A DNA stretch of 64,000 nt from Candidatus Syntropharchaeum butanivorans. GTDB taxonomy: Archaea; Halobacteriota; Syntropharchaeia; Syntropharchaeales; Syntropharchaeaceae. The position numbers were made by a program, and so were the translations under genes. Numbering within the stretch: position 1 is the stretch's first letter; the number at the start of each line of letters is the position of its first letter. The notes below the pieces were generated by a model. The model was not told the origin of the DNA. It saw nothing but the letters and a program-made list of their open reading frames with translations, and ran no database searches. This document shows positions 20,216 to 30,645 of this stretch, in pieces. The stretch lies in the NCBI GenBank assembly GCA_001766825.1, contig LYOR01000001.1, forward strand, positions 30,945 through 94,944. The letters run 5' to 3'.

Positions 20216-20633
20216 TCCTTTTTTCACCTCTGTAAAGGTTAAAATGCGCACTCCCGTAGTTTATAACCTCAACCACTTTGAAATACGCTGATAAATCCGC
20301 GATCTCACTCCCAAGTGGTTTCATGATTAGATCTGCCCCTACACTCGATGCAAGCTTTGCGATCGCTATCTGAAGCTCTTCTGGCGGCCTGATGGAATAT
20401 ATCAACCGCGCATTCCGGTAAATTTCAGGGTCAGGATGGAAGATATCGTCTTTTATGTAGTTTGGGGCACCGGGTATCGCCTCATCGATGATATCTGTCG
20501 TTGTGATCAGACACCCGGCCTCATGAAGATAACGTGCCACAGTTGTATTCCACCCAATCCCGACCTCGACCACACGCCCTGTATAATGCTTAAGTATGTA
20601 CTCGGCGATAGATCTCTCAAAGTCCCGGGTCAC
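20202..20633 (-). CDS. UPF0146 family protein
   Basis: VVEVGIG, DDIFHP..IY..A.LIYSIRPPEELQ. Confidence 0.85.
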   Translation of the reverse strand: MTRDFERSIAEYILKHYTGRVVEVGIGWNTTVARYLHEAGCLITTTDIIDEAIPGAPNYIKDDIFHPDPEIYRNARLIYSIRPPEELQIAIAKLASSVGADLIMKPLGSEIADLSAYFKVVEVINYGSAHFNLYRGEKRIISE

Positions 20634-20684
20634 TGCGAACTGAATATGGTCGCCTCTGGGATAAACTTACCGGTGGATCGAAGA

Positions 20685-21158
20685 ATGATAAGGATCAGGT
20701 ACTTCCGGCCGGAGGACTTCAACCGGGTCGTTGAGATAGCAGAAGAGGCGAGATTAAACCAGGACCCCATGCTTTATCTTGAGCTCTACCAGCTCTTTCC
20801 AGATGGCTTCTTCGTTGCAGAAGATGATGGAAATGTCGTCGGATTTGTGATCGCGATAATGATGGTCGATGGCGGGGGGAGAATTTTTGCTGTTGCGGTG
20901 AAGAAAAGCCACAGAAGGAGAGGGATTGCAACCATGACGCTAAACGAGGCGTTTAAGATGTACAGGAAGAAGAAAACACCATACGTCCAGCTTGAGGTCC
21001 GTGTGGATAACTACCCTGCCCAGCGTCTCTACAGGGGCCTTGGATTTGTGGAGGTTGGTGTACTGCCCTCTTATTACTCAGATGGGACCGATGCACTGCT
21101 CATGAGGAAAGATCTTCAGGGTCCTTCTCAGCCTCACATCTCTGGTACGTTCGTATAG
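20685..21158 (+). CDS. RimI/Ard1-like GNAT acetyltransferase
   Basis: RRRGIA acetyl-CoA loop, LEVRVDN..AQRLY, YYSDGTDALLM; ATG at 20685. Confidence 0.88.
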   Translation: MIRIRYFRPEDFNRVVEIAEEARLNQDPMLYLELYQLFPDGFFVAEDDGNVVGFVIAIMMVDGGGRIFAVAVKKSHRRRGIATMTLNEAFKMYRKKKTPYVQLEVRVDNYPAQRLYRGLGFVEVGVLPSYYSDGTDALLMRKDLQGPSQPHISGTFV

Positions 21159-21900
21159 CTCTTAAAAAGTCTATTCGTCTCAGCTCTGGCCAGAGTGGCA
21201 TGATAAAAGAGGCGGTACACTCGCTCCCACTCGCCTGCCACGGCAGGAAATTGCTTGTACGGATCTCCCCACCCGTTCTTATCATATGATCCACGTTCTT
21301 GTTCTGATAAAGGAACTCAGAAAGCGTCTCCTCTGTGATCGATTCCGGGGATAGCCCCCCTCTTTTTACCTCCTCTGCCATCTTGCGAAGCGCACAAACG
21401 ATCTCCCTCCTTCCGCTGTAAGCAAGTGCGATGTTAAGCTGCATCCCATCATAACCGGCCGTTGCCTCCTCTGCACGCTTCACCGCCTCCTGGAGCGATG
21501 TGGGCAGGAGATGTATATCTCCGATGACGCTTATCCTGACCCTGTTTTTATGGATTCGCTCATCTTTCCTCAGCTCATCGAGTTTCTTACCGATGAGCCT
21601 GAATATCTCTGCTTTTTCCCTATCATTCCGCTCAAAGTTCTCAATCGAGAAGGCATACAGTGTCAGCTGGGAGATTCCAAGCTCAAGCGACCACTCGAGA
21701 ACGTTTTCAACCACCTTAGCACCATAAAAATGACCCCTGTATGATACCTCCCCTATCTTCGAGGCATACCTCCGGTTACCATCCATTATTACAGCGATAT
21801 GTGCGGGGATCCTCGAACTCAGGACCTCTTTCTCAAGAGCCTTCTCATACCTGCCATAAACGAGCTTTTTCAGGCAATCCCCCACCTTTGGAAGCCTCAA
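21100..21900 (-). CDS. uppS: cis-prenyltransferase (undecaprenyl diphosphate synthase family)
   Basis: HIAVIMDGNRR, YAFSIENF, IRTGGEIRTSNFLPWQ. Confidence 0.93.
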   Translation of the reverse strand: MRLPKVGDCLKKLVYGRYEKALEKEVLSSRIPAHIAVIMDGNRRYASKIGEVSYRGHFYGAKVVENVLEWSLELGISQLTLYAFSIENFERNDREKAEIFRLIGKKLDELRKDERIHKNRVRISVIGDIHLLPTSLQEAVKRAEEATAGYDGMQLNIALAYSGRREIVCALRKMAEEVKRGGLSPESITEETLSEFLYQNKNVDHMIRTGGEIRTSNFLPWQASGSECTASFIMPLWPELRRIDFLRAIRTYQRCEAEKDPEDLSS

Positions 21901-22226
21901 CCATCCTCACTCCCATAGTTCTCCATGACATATCGCACAAGTTTCCTGCACTCAGGCTTCACCCGATAGATCTTACGTCCACTGCGCGTTGAGATTGCAA
22001 GAATACCAAGCCTTGAGTTCATCGCACCAAGGGCCGCACAAACCCCCCGGTATGTTCTCCTGACCCCTTTCTTACCGAGACGCTCATAGAGCTCCTTAGT
22101 TGAGATGGACTCCTCGTCAAGGAGTATGCGCATCATAGCAAGCCTCATCCCATCTCCATCTCTCTTAAGATACTCCCTCAGCCGTTCTTCCATAAGTGCC
22201 CTTCGATCCGCCACCACCTCGCCCAT
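21897..22226 (-). CDS. DUF2551-like winged-helix protein
   Basis: YLKRD..G.R, YRGVCAALGAMNSRLGIL; archaeal neighbour of uppS. Confidence 0.7.
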   Translation of the reverse strand: MGEVVADRRALMEERLREYLKRDGDGMRLAMMRILLDEESISTKELYERLGKKGVRRTYRGVCAALGAMNSRLGILAISTRSGRKIYRVKPECRKLVRYVMENYGSEDG

Positions 22227-22375
22227 AGCAAAAGGGAGGTATCAAAACATGATTGATATAAACTTATCGCACGCTGTTCCCATCCGACCCGAGGATAGGG
22301 TTTGGGATTCATGGATCTCTCCCGGGGCATGAGTGGATGCGAGGCATTTAAAATAGGGGTGTATGAATATAGAGT

Positions 22376-23854
22376 TTGAGTATGAGAAATATCCTTGTTG
22401 TGACCGGGAAGATGGCATTTGAGACTGTTAAAGGGTATGTGGGTGGTCTGGCAGATGTTGTGATGGGAGACGTGGATGTAGCCGCACTTATAACTCCCAG
22501 AATCCTCAGGGACCTCCTTAAGGGTCTTGATCTCTCGAAGTATGACCTTATACTTTTACCCGGTAACGTCTCATCCGACTTTGACCAGCTTGAGGAGGAG
22601 TTCGGGGTCAGGATCAGACTTGGTCCACGCAACGCCCACGATCTACCCCATATCCTGAAAAAGATTGATGAGATTGAGCTCTCAAAGAGAAAACCTGCAT
22701 GTAGTTTCCTTGAGCCAGATCATGAGCAGATTCAGCGAGAGCTTCTTGAGCTTGAAGAGAGGAGTGTACCTGCATTCACAATTGACAGGGTCAAGATAGG
22801 GGGAAGTTCATCGATGAAGGTGATGGCTGAGGTCGTTGATGCGACAGGGCTCGATGATGATAAGCTGCGAGAACGGGTCAGATACTTCGCCCATGAGGGG
22901 GCAGATATCATCGATCTTGGTGTTGGGCTTGATGCAACGAGAGATGATGTGGCCCGTGCCGTCAGGGTTGCAGCATCAGCAACAGATCTCCCTCTAAGCA
23001 TCGACACGATGGACCCTGAGCTTATAAGAGCAGGGGTCGATGCAGGTGCAAGACTTGTCCTGAGTCTTGATAGCGATAACATCGGGGAAGTAGGGGGTTA
23101 TCTTGCAAATAAAGATGTTTCTGTGGTTGTTTTAAGTAGAAACGGAACTGATGAGCTTCTTGAGACAATTAAAACGGCAAAATCAGTTGGAATTAAAAAA
23201 ATAATCGCAGACCCTGTCCTTGCACCTTTGGGGCATGGTACCGTGAGATCGATCTGTGAGTGCTGGAAATTCAGAGCGTATGATCCAAGTACCCCGCTAT
23301 TTTTCGGCGTCGGTAATGTCACAGAGCTTCTTGATGCAGATTCAATCGGGGTAAACGCACTTCTTGCAGGGATCGGGATGGAACTCGGTGTCAGCATCCT
23401 GTTTACACCCGAGGCAAGCAGAAAGACTGCAGGAAGTGTAAGAGAGCTTGTAAAAGCATCGAGGATGATGAGACTCGCATCAAAAAGGCAGACCTCCCCC
23501 AAAGACCTTGGGATTGATCTTTTTGTGGCAAAAGAGAAGCGAATGCGGGAAGGAATCCCTGTCAGTGATAAAGCTCCGGTTAAAGTCATCACAGAGGAAG
23601 CCAAATGGGGGTCTGACCCCCTGGGGTACTTCAGGATAGGTTTAAAGGATGGGATGATCTATGTCGAACACAATACGCCCGATGGCAGGGTTGATGTCTT
23701 GGCAGGAAAAAGCGCAAAGGAGATTGTATCATACCTTGTGAAAGACGGGCGGATCTCGATGATTGATCATGGTGCGTATCTTGGTGTTGAGCTTGCAAAG
23801 GCAGAGCTTGCGTTGAGGTTTAAGAGGAGCTATGTTCAGGATGAGGAGATCTGA
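22376..23854 (+). CDS. dihydropteroate synthase-like protein (methanopterin pathway family)
   Basis: VMAEVVDA, GADIIDLG, SIDT, ADPVL, GVGNVTELLDADS, C-terminal DP.GYF...HGAYLGVELAKAE domain. Confidence 0.85.
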   Translation: MSMRNILVVTGKMAFETVKGYVGGLADVVMGDVDVAALITPRILRDLLKGLDLSKYDLILLPGNVSSDFDQLEEEFGVRIRLGPRNAHDLPHILKKIDEIELSKRKPACSFLEPDHEQIQRELLELEERSVPAFTIDRVKIGGSSSMKVMAEVVDATGLDDDKLRERVRYFAHEGADIIDLGVGLDATRDDVARAVRVAASATDLPLSIDTMDPELIRAGVDAGARLVLSLDSDNIGEVGGYLANKDVSVVVLSRNGTDELLETIKTAKSVGIKKIIADPVLAPLGHGTVRSICECWKFRAYDPSTPLFFGVGNVTELLDADSIGVNALLAGIGMELGVSILFTPEASRKTAGSVRELVKASRMMRLASKRQTSPKDLGIDLFVAKEKRMREGIPVSDKAPVKVITEEAKWGSDPLGYFRIGLKDGMIYVEHNTPDGRVDVLAGKSAKEIVSYLVKDGRISMIDHGAYLGVELAKAELALRFKRSYVQDEEI

Positions 23855-24617
23855 GAGAACAAGGGTGATGATACTCCTTGAGGATCACAACATCCGTCCA
23901 AGCCCGAGAAAAAGCCAGCATTTCCTCGTTGATGAGGGTATCTTAGACCGGATTGTGGAGTACGGGGATGTTGGGCTCAATGATCGGGTGCTTGAGATAG
24001 GAGCAGGGGTTGGAAGCCTCACATCACGCCTCCTCAAGCGATCTGAGCATGTATATGCGATTGAGGTGGACTCCAGGTTATCAGAAATACTTAAAGAGAG
24101 ATGCGCTCAGGCAAATGTTATAAATGCCGATGCGCTGAAGATCGATCTCCCGGAGTTTGACAAAGTCATATCAAACCTCCCCTATTCAATTTCATCAAGA
24201 ATAACACTTAAAATATTAAAATCAGGTTTTAAAATGGGTATCCTGATGTACCAGGCAGAGTTTGTGAGAAGGATCACAGCGCCCCCGGGGACAAAAGAGT
24301 ATGGTAGGCTTTCAGTCTTCACGCAGGCACTTGCAGACGTGGAGATACTTGAGTCAGTATCACGGGATGCATTCTATCCAAGACCGGATGTCCACTCAGT
24401 ACTCATCAGGCTCAGGCCGAAGGAGGACGTGGTGGAGAATAAAGATCTCTTTCTCGAGTTTATCACGGGATTATTCTCAAACCGTAGAAAGCGCCTGTCA
24501 AAGGTGCTTGGCTCGATGGGGTACGATGTGAAAGATCTGGATGACGAAATCCTTGACCTCAGGCCGGATGAGCTTGATGTATCCAGGATCATCGAGCTTT
24601 ACAGGTCACTCATCTGA
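23832..24617 (+). CDS. rsmA: 16S rRNA adenine dimethyltransferase
   Basis: QHFLVD, VLEIGAGVG, ISNLPYSIS, YGRLSV. Confidence 0.93.
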   Translation: MFRMRRSERTRVMILLEDHNIRPSPRKSQHFLVDEGILDRIVEYGDVGLNDRVLEIGAGVGSLTSRLLKRSEHVYAIEVDSRLSEILKERCAQANVINADALKIDLPEFDKVISNLPYSISSRITLKILKSGFKMGILMYQAEFVRRITAPPGTKEYGRLSVFTQALADVEILESVSRDAFYPRPDVHSVLIRLRPKEDVVENKDLFLEFITGLFSNRRKRLSKVLGSMGYDVKDLDDEILDLRPDELDVSRIIELYRSLI

Positions 24618-25503
24618 ATGCAGCACTCTCTCGTATTCCTTCAGATCTTATCACGCTCAGGAGCATCTTGAAATGGGGGTTTCTGCTTATATCCACCCTG
24701 AACGCATCAAGCACCATCCCGGCAAACTCATCGTACCGCTTCTTCATCTCCCCCTCAAGCTCGATGTGGTGGAAGCTGAGATAACCATCGAGAAAGAGAG
24801 AGGAGTCCCCGATGAGCATCGCAAGATCATCCTCCTTATCCTCAGGTTTCCTGAAGTGCTTGAACTTCTCAAAGTCGATGAGATGCCATTTATCACCCTT
24901 CAGGAGTAAATGCTCTCCCTTGAGGTCGTTGTGCTTAATACCCTTCGACCATACGAGTGTGAGAAGCTCAACGAGGTTGTAAAGGTCAAGCCGCCTGATC
25001 TTGCCCAGTACCCAGTCCAGAAGGTACTCCTCGAAGTTGATCTCATGCTCGATGTACTCCATCCAGAAGTAGCCGTACACATCCCTGAAGTCCTTCTCAA
25101 GCCGTTTATCATAGAGGAAATAGTAAGGGGTTGGCATGTAGGGGATCTTGTAAAATTTGTAGTAGAGCGCCCAGAACTCCTTGTCACCGTCATGCTTTGT
25201 CATATGCTTCGCGATGACGTACATCTTCCTCCCTTCAAGGGTGTATATTACCCGAAAGATCCTGTGTGTCGCCCATATCCCGAATTTTGGTGGATAAAAA
25301 CCTTCTAAAGCTATAACTTTCTTTTCACCACTTTTCCCGGGGCAAATTCCAACAACACCATTCAATATCCTCTCAAGCTCGTTGATATCGAGAATATTGA
25401 TGGGAAGGGCCCCACTCGGTAACATCCGCTGCTGATCTGCGCCTGAGAGTCTTCTGAACTCCTCTGCAATACCTACCTTCGAGCTTATCTTAACCCAGGG
25501 CAT
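24610..25503 (-). CDS. protein kinase-like fold phosphotransferase
   Basis: VIAKH, MEYIE, HNDLKGEH, LIDFE motifs. Confidence 0.7.
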   Translation of the reverse strand: MPWVKISSKVGIAEEFRRLSGADQQRMLPSGALPINILDINELERILNGVVGICPGKSGEKKVIALEGFYPPKFGIWATHRIFRVIYTLEGRKMYVIAKHMTKHDGDKEFWALYYKFYKIPYMPTPYYFLYDKRLEKDFRDVYGYFWMEYIEHEINFEEYLLDWVLGKIRRLDLYNLVELLTLVWSKGIKHNDLKGEHLLLKGDKWHLIDFEKFKHFRKPEDKEDDLAMLIGDSSLFLDGYLSFHHIELEGEMKKRYDEFAGMVLDAFRVDISRNPHFKMLLSVIRSEGIRESAAFR

Positions 25504-25533
25504 AACTCATCGATAAAATCTCATCATCCTTCT

Positions 25534-26046
25534 TTACTCCTTCTCACCATCAGAGGGTCTTCGTTCCTCCTTCCATCTCTTCCATTCACCCGCAATTTCT
25601 TTTATCTCTCTGATCTCACTCCTTTCTTCCGGGGCCTCCTCCTCCAGAAGCTCCTCTGTTTCAACTGGAGAAGGGGGTATTTCGGCGGCAACATCGGGAT
25701 CAGACTCATCTTTATGGTTTAAAGTACTTTCTGGAGCCGTAACAGCCTCCTCCTCACACACCTCTCCTAAATACCAGCTTATGAACTCTGTGTATGCCAC
25801 AACAGAGAGGAAGCCGACCCATATCGCGAGGAGGATATGGATGTTCTGGATCGAGATGGCGCCGTTCATCATTGAGACGAGTTCATATGAGAGGAGTTCA
25901 CCCATCCAGCCAGGGGCAACGAAGGCTCCAATGAGTGGAAGGAGTATCATAATAGCTGTACCAATCACTGTTGAGACGTAGGTTATCACAAGCCCCACAA
26001 GAACGGTGTATATGAGAATAAGCAGTATTGATACGAGAACCCCCAT
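25534..26046 (-). CDS. membrane protein with acidic C-terminal tail
   Basis: About three hydrophobic helices followed by an E/P-rich tail. Confidence 0.7.
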   Translation of the reverse strand: MGVLVSILLILIYTVLVGLVITYVSTVIGTAIMILLPLIGAFVAPGWMGELLSYELVSMMNGAISIQNIHILLAIWVGFLSVVAYTEFISWYLGEVCEEEAVTAPESTLNHKDESDPDVAAEIPPSPVETEELLEEEAPEERSEIREIKEIAGEWKRWKEERRPSDGEKE

Positions 26047-26049
26047 ATC

Positions 26050-27249
26050 TCAGGCACCTCCTCGCCTTATCAAAAGAGCGATCACACCCACAACCCCACC
26101 GATTACACCTCCAAGAATCAGGAATGCCTTGAGCAGGAATATACCCAGGGCTTTTCCTGTCAGGTTGCCTGCTGTATCAGAAGATGTATCTGATGTCTCA
26201 TTCTCTACCATCTCCCCCCGGTCAAACATCTCAGGCGGTGCTGGTTCGGCAGGTACGACCACTGGTGGGGGTGCTATCTCTTTCAGTCTGATCGTGAGAG
26301 GTCTCTCGATTGTGAAGCTTGAGGAAGTGGTTGAACCATTGAGGTTTGCCTCTGCCGTGTAGTTAAAAAACCCGGGGAAGCTCGATCCAGGGGTAAATCT
26401 TGCTGCAAGCAGGTTGAACCTCGCATTTCCGTTCTGATCTGTCATTGCGGATTTGACAGGGTTTCTCTCATCATCGAGTATCACAACCTCTGCCCCTGCT
26501 GCAGGCTCACCACTTAACGTTGTAACAGCGACGGTGAGGGTATTATAGATCTGGATGGATGTGTTACCATTTATGGTGAGGTTTGACCAGTTAAGGTATG
26601 AATCTGTGATCTTGATCAGTGTTCCAGTCCCAAGAAAGGGGCTCTTGATTGTGAGATCTCCGGTGAGGTTTGAGCGTGTAATGTTTATGTACTCTGCACC
26701 CTCCAGCCCAATAGATGATGCGTTAATCTCACCCCCATCCAGCCTCATGAAGACAGAGGAGAGGTTTATACACTCTCCGCTTATGGTTGAGCTGTACAGC
26801 TCTGCGATTCTTCCTTCAAATGTAAAGTTCGTGGATTGAACGAGTGAAGAGAGAAGGTGCATCCTTGTAGCCTGAAGTGAGATGATATCCGCGGTGAGAC
26901 TGGAGTTTTCAAGCTCAATACCCCGGATCATCTCCCCTTTCACCCCTGAGGTATTTATTGTGGATGAGTATGCGGCAAGGGTGGAGTTTTCACCCATATT
27001 GATCTCGGTACTCTCACCCTTCCACCGCCTTATACTCGCATTCTTCAATATGAGTACCCCATCCGGTTCAACTGTTACGTTGTGCCTCACAAAGATATCC
27101 TCACCCTCTATTACCATTGATTCCCCCTTCTCAACCACAAGCGAGTTCACACCCCTTGCAGCAGCAGGGGTAATCGAGTTTATGAAGAGAATTAGCAATA
27201 ATATGAATACTAAAGATGAAATATTAGATATTTTTCCACCAAACATCAT
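26050..27249 (-). CDS. secreted beta-helix-like surface protein with Ig/carboxypeptidase-regulatory-like domain and C-terminal TM
   Basis: Signal peptide, N/S/I-rich beta repeats, G.P..GA.V.I...TD.NG.A.F motif, C-terminal TM. Confidence 0.7.
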   Translation of the reverse strand: MMFGGKISNISSLVFILLLILFINSITPAAARGVNSLVVEKGESMVIEGEDIFVRHNVTVEPDGVLILKNASIRRWKGESTEINMGENSTLAAYSSTINTSGVKGEMIRGIELENSSLTADIISLQATRMHLLSSLVQSTNFTFEGRIAELYSSTISGECINLSSVFMRLDGGEINASSIGLEGAEYINITRSNLTGDLTIKSPFLGTGTLIKITDSYLNWSNLTINGNTSIQIYNTLTVAVTTLSGEPAAGAEVVILDDERNPVKSAMTDQNGNARFNLLAARFTPGSSFPGFFNYTAEANLNGSTTSSSFTIERPLTIRLKEIAPPPVVVPAEPAPPEMFDRGEMVENETSDTSSDTAGNLTGKALGIFLLKAFLILGGVIGGVVGVIALLIRRGGA

Positions 27250-27419
27250 AAATTATTATTGTATCAAGATCTACTTTAACCTTTTTGCTGCTCTGATGGG
27301 ATCTTCCCCTGTGTGATCCGGGGTTTTCAGCGTGATCCTGCAGAAGAGTTGCCCACTCACCAGACCGTGGTTCACCCAACCCTTATAAGCTTCGAAGATA
27401 AAGCTAAAGGGGGATATCG

Positions 27420-28670
27420 ATGAGAGATGCTATTATCAGGGATGTGGAGCTTGCAGATGAGGGAGATGATCGTATTGAGTGGGCGAGGCGGCACATGCCG
27501 GTGCTCGGGCTTATAAAGGAGCGGTTTGAGAGAGAAAAACCGCTTGAGGGCGTCAGGATCGCTGCATGCCTGCATGTGACGGTTGAGACCGCGAACCTTA
27601 TAAGAACGCTTAAGGCTGGAGGGGCAGAGATCGCACTCGCGGGATCAAATCCCCTGAGCACACAGGACGAAGTTGCAGCAGCACTTGCCAGAGATGGTAT
27701 CTGGGTTTATGCGTTTCGCGGTAATGAGAAGGAGTACTATGAGTGCCTTGAGGCAGCACTTGAGATCAAGCCGGATGTGGTACTTGATGATGGTGCTGAT
27801 ACGATCGCACGCATCCATGAGCATCATCCGGATCTTATAGGTTCTGTTCGCGGGGCATGCGAGGAGACGACAACCGGGGTCATCCGTCTGAGAGCACTTG
27901 AAAGGTCTGGAAAGCTTGGTTTTCCTGTAATTGCCGTGAATGACGCTGAGACGAAGATGATGTTCGATAATCGCTATGGTACAGGACAGTCGACACTTCA
28001 CGGAATCATGAACGCAACCAACCTCCTGTTTGCAGGTAGAAAGGTCGTTGTCGTGGGTTTCGGGTGGTGCGGCAGGGGGGTTGCGATGCGTGCAAAGGGG
28101 CTTGGTGCGAGTGTGATCGTGGTTGAGGTGAACCCGAGAAAGGCGCTTGAGGCCGCGATGGAGGGGTACCAGGTGATGTCGATGCGTGAGGCTGCGAAGA
28201 TCGGGGAGATATTCATCACGGTGACCGGGGATAAATCGGTGATAAGGGGTGAGCACATCCAGCTCATGCAGGATCAGGCCGTTCTTGCAAACTCAGGCCA
28301 CTTCAATGTCGAGATTGCGATTGAGGATCTTGAGGCGCTTGCCACCTCAAAGAAACGGATAAAAGATGGGGTTGATGAGTACCTGATGCCCGATGGAAGG
28401 AGAATCTATCTTCTCGGGGAGGGGAGACTGATCAACCTGGCCGCGGCGTATGGACATCCCCCGGATGTGATGGATATGAGCTTCTCAAACCAGGCACTCG
28501 CTGTTGAGTACATCCTGAAGGCAGAGGGGCTTGAGAGGAAGGTTCATCGCGTCCCGCTTGAGATTGATGAGCGTGTCGCGGAGCTCAAGCTAAAAGCGAT
28601 GGGGATTGAGATCGAGGAGCTCACCGAGGAGCAGAAGGAGTACCTCTCATCGTGGGAGCTCGGAACGTGA
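27420..28670 (+). CDS. ahcY: adenosylhomocysteinase
   Basis: [48 protein letters not shown]. Confidence 0.96.
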   Translation: MRDAIIRDVELADEGDDRIEWARRHMPVLGLIKERFEREKPLEGVRIAACLHVTVETANLIRTLKAGGAEIALAGSNPLSTQDEVAAALARDGIWVYAFRGNEKEYYECLEAALEIKPDVVLDDGADTIARIHEHHPDLIGSVRGACEETTTGVIRLRALERSGKLGFPVIAVNDAETKMMFDNRYGTGQSTLHGIMNATNLLFAGRKVVVVGFGWCGRGVAMRAKGLGASVIVVEVNPRKALEAAMEGYQVMSMREAAKIGEIFITVTGDKSVIRGEHIQLMQDQAVLANSGHFNVEIAIEDLEALATSKKRIKDGVDEYLMPDGRRIYLLGEGRLINLAAAYGHPPDVMDMSFSNQALAVEYILKAEGLERKVHRVPLEIDERVAELKLKAMGIEIEELTEEQKEYLSSWELGT

Positions 28671-28681
28671 GAGAATACCCT

Positions 28682-29515
28682 TCAGACCCCGAGTATCATC
28701 CTTGTTGTGTTCCTTATAGCAGGCCCGAGTCCGATAACAATCAGTGTGAGTATGAGGATCCCTCTGAGGTCCCTCTCAGCCTCCTCAGATAGTTCCCGCT
28801 CAAGCAGATAAAGAAGCGGCAGCAGGATGATGAGCTTGAGTGGGATCATCGGGAGAGCCGTATGCGTGTGTTCAACTATGAAACGCTCAAGAACGTGCTT
28901 TCCCTGATAAGAGAGAAGATCGACCCCGATGAACGTGCTTGATGCATCAAGTATGTGGGCGGTGAGGATCGCCATATTCTCCCACGTGGGCTTGATGATG
29001 CGGTCTGAAGCTCGAAGGATAAGGTACAGCGGGGCAATCGTTGAGAGGGTGATTATGAGAAGGCAAGGTAGCACCCAGGGGTTCAGAATACCTCCAGAGT
29101 GGATCAGGATCCAGAGGTTCAGGATGGTCCAGAGCGTGCCAGCTGAACCAAGCGGCAGGTGATATCCAGCATCAGGCATGAATCTGGCAAGCCTGATTGA
29201 TACAAGTAGAATCATGAGAACAGCGAAGAACATGAGAAAGTAGATCAACGGGGTTATGAGAAGGTAGGAGAGAGGAGGGGATACCAGGTTCGCGTCCTCT
29301 ATCACCCTGAGGGTTGATCCAACAAAGATATAAGGGATGAGTGAGAAGATGAATCTGGCGTCTATCCGTATATCAAGGGCTTTGAGCAGTTTAATGATGC
29401 CGAATATGCAGATTCCAAGCAGGATAGCCCATGTCAGTGTATTCACAGGGTTGTATCCTGTATCATAGATGATCGGTTCGATGTAATACCTGAGTATGAG
29501 ATCCTTTACCGGCAG
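28682..29515 (-). CDS. DUF63 family membrane protein
   Basis: GYNPVNTLTWA, RVIED, LITPLIY, AHILDA, GLGPAIRN; family-like sequence continues upstream of GTG 29446 to CTG 29515. Confidence 0.8.
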   Translation of the reverse strand: MPVKDLILRYYIEPIIYDTGYNPVNTLTWAILLGICIFGIIKLLKALDIRIDARFIFSLIPYIFVGSTLRVIEDANLVSPPLSYLLITPLIYFLMFFAVLMILLVSIRLARFMPDAGYHLPLGSAGTLWTILNLWILIHSGGILNPWVLPCLLIITLSTIAPLYLILRASDRIIKPTWENMAILTAHILDASSTFIGVDLLSYQGKHVLERFIVEHTHTALPMIPLKLIILLPLLYLLERELSEEAERDLRGILILTLIVIGLGPAIRNTTRMILGV

Positions 29516-29558
29516 AAAACCACCTGAAAATCATCTGAAGGCGGGGTATATAAGCTTG

Positions 29559-30617
29559 TTGAGTGAGAGTCGCGCTCCAAAGTGGATGCAGCTTCCACGG
29601 GAGATTCTCGTGGGTCATGGGACGATACGTGAGATTGGGCGCGTCTGCAGGAAACTTGGCCTCAGTGGATCTGCGATTGTTGTTGTAGATGATATCACAA
29701 AGAAGGTAGCAGGGGATCTGGTCTGTGAGACACTTGCCGATGAGGGATATGATTTTACGGTCTTTGTGACAGATTCAGTACGCACTGAGCGGATCGAGGA
29801 GGTTAAGATGCTTGGAGAGGAGGTGGGGGCATCATTTGTCATCGGTGTTGGTGGGGGAACGGTGATAGATCTTGCAAAGATCTCATCCTTCGAGATGAAT
29901 AAGCCATTTTTGAGCGTCCCGACCGCGGCGGCCCATGATGGTATCGCCTCTCCCCGGGCGTCTGTGAAGGATGGAGAGCAGTCTGTCTCGATGGCTGCTC
30001 AGTCACCGCTTGGTATCGTTGCAGATACCCAGGTCATCGCATCAGCCCCATCAAGGCTTCTTGCTGCAGGGTGTGGCGACATCATCTCAAACTTCACCGC
30101 GGTTATGGACTGGCGTCTTGCTCACAGGCTCAGGAACGCCCCCTACAGCGCTTATGCAGCCGCTCTCTCTGAGATGACCGCAAGGATGATCATCGAATCA
30201 TCAGACACGATAAAGCCGAATGTAGAGGAGTCTGTGAGGCTCGTTGTGAAGGCGCTCATCTCAAGTGGGGTTGCAATGAGCATAGCAGGCTCTTCGGCAC
30301 CTGCGTCCGGGTCTGAGCACAAGTTCAGCCACGCGCTCGATCGAATCGCACCCAAACCGGCACTGCATGGTGAACAGTGTGGGGTTGGTGCGATTATGAT
30401 GATGCACCTTCATGGAGGCGACTGGAGGGTTATAAGGAATGCACTCATCGATATCGGGGCACCTGTTGATGCAGCAGGGCTTGGAATAGATCCCGAGTAT
30501 ATCATCGAGGCGCTTACCATCGCGCACACGATAAACCCTGAGAGGTATACGATACTCGGGACCGGGATCACAAGGGATGCAGCAGAGAGGCTTGCATCCG
30601 TCACAAAGGTGATATGA
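29559..30617 (+). CDS. egsA: sn-glycerol-1-phosphate dehydrogenase
   Basis: KWMQLPR, GVGGG.VID.AK, PTAAAHDGIAS, ASGSEHKFSHALD, LHGEQCG; start approximate. Confidence 0.93.
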   Translation: MSESRAPKWMQLPREILVGHGTIREIGRVCRKLGLSGSAIVVVDDITKKVAGDLVCETLADEGYDFTVFVTDSVRTERIEEVKMLGEEVGASFVIGVGGGTVIDLAKISSFEMNKPFLSVPTAAAHDGIASPRASVKDGEQSVSMAAQSPLGIVADTQVIASAPSRLLAAGCGDIISNFTAVMDWRLAHRLRNAPYSAYAAALSEMTARMIIESSDTIKPNVEESVRLVVKALISSGVAMSIAGSSAPASGSEHKFSHALDRIAPKPALHGEQCGVGAIMMMHLHGGDWRVIRNALIDIGAPVDAAGLGIDPEYIIEALTIAHTINPERYTILGTGITRDAAERLASVTKVI

Positions 30618-30645
30618 GCATTATGATTACTATGGAGATGATAGG

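Noticed and set aside
20436-20684. 83-aa N-terminal extension of the RimI-like ORF
   Set aside because: Antisense to the UPF0146 gene; the GNAT domain begins at ATG 20685
22227-22375. GC-rich intergenic stretch as possible ncRNA
   Set aside because: No cloverleaf, box C/D motifs or convincing long stems found by eye
27290-27400. Possible SAH riboswitch upstream of ahcY
   Set aside because: Lacks the GAGGAGCG...CGCTC core and lies upstream of the apparent TATA box at ~27383
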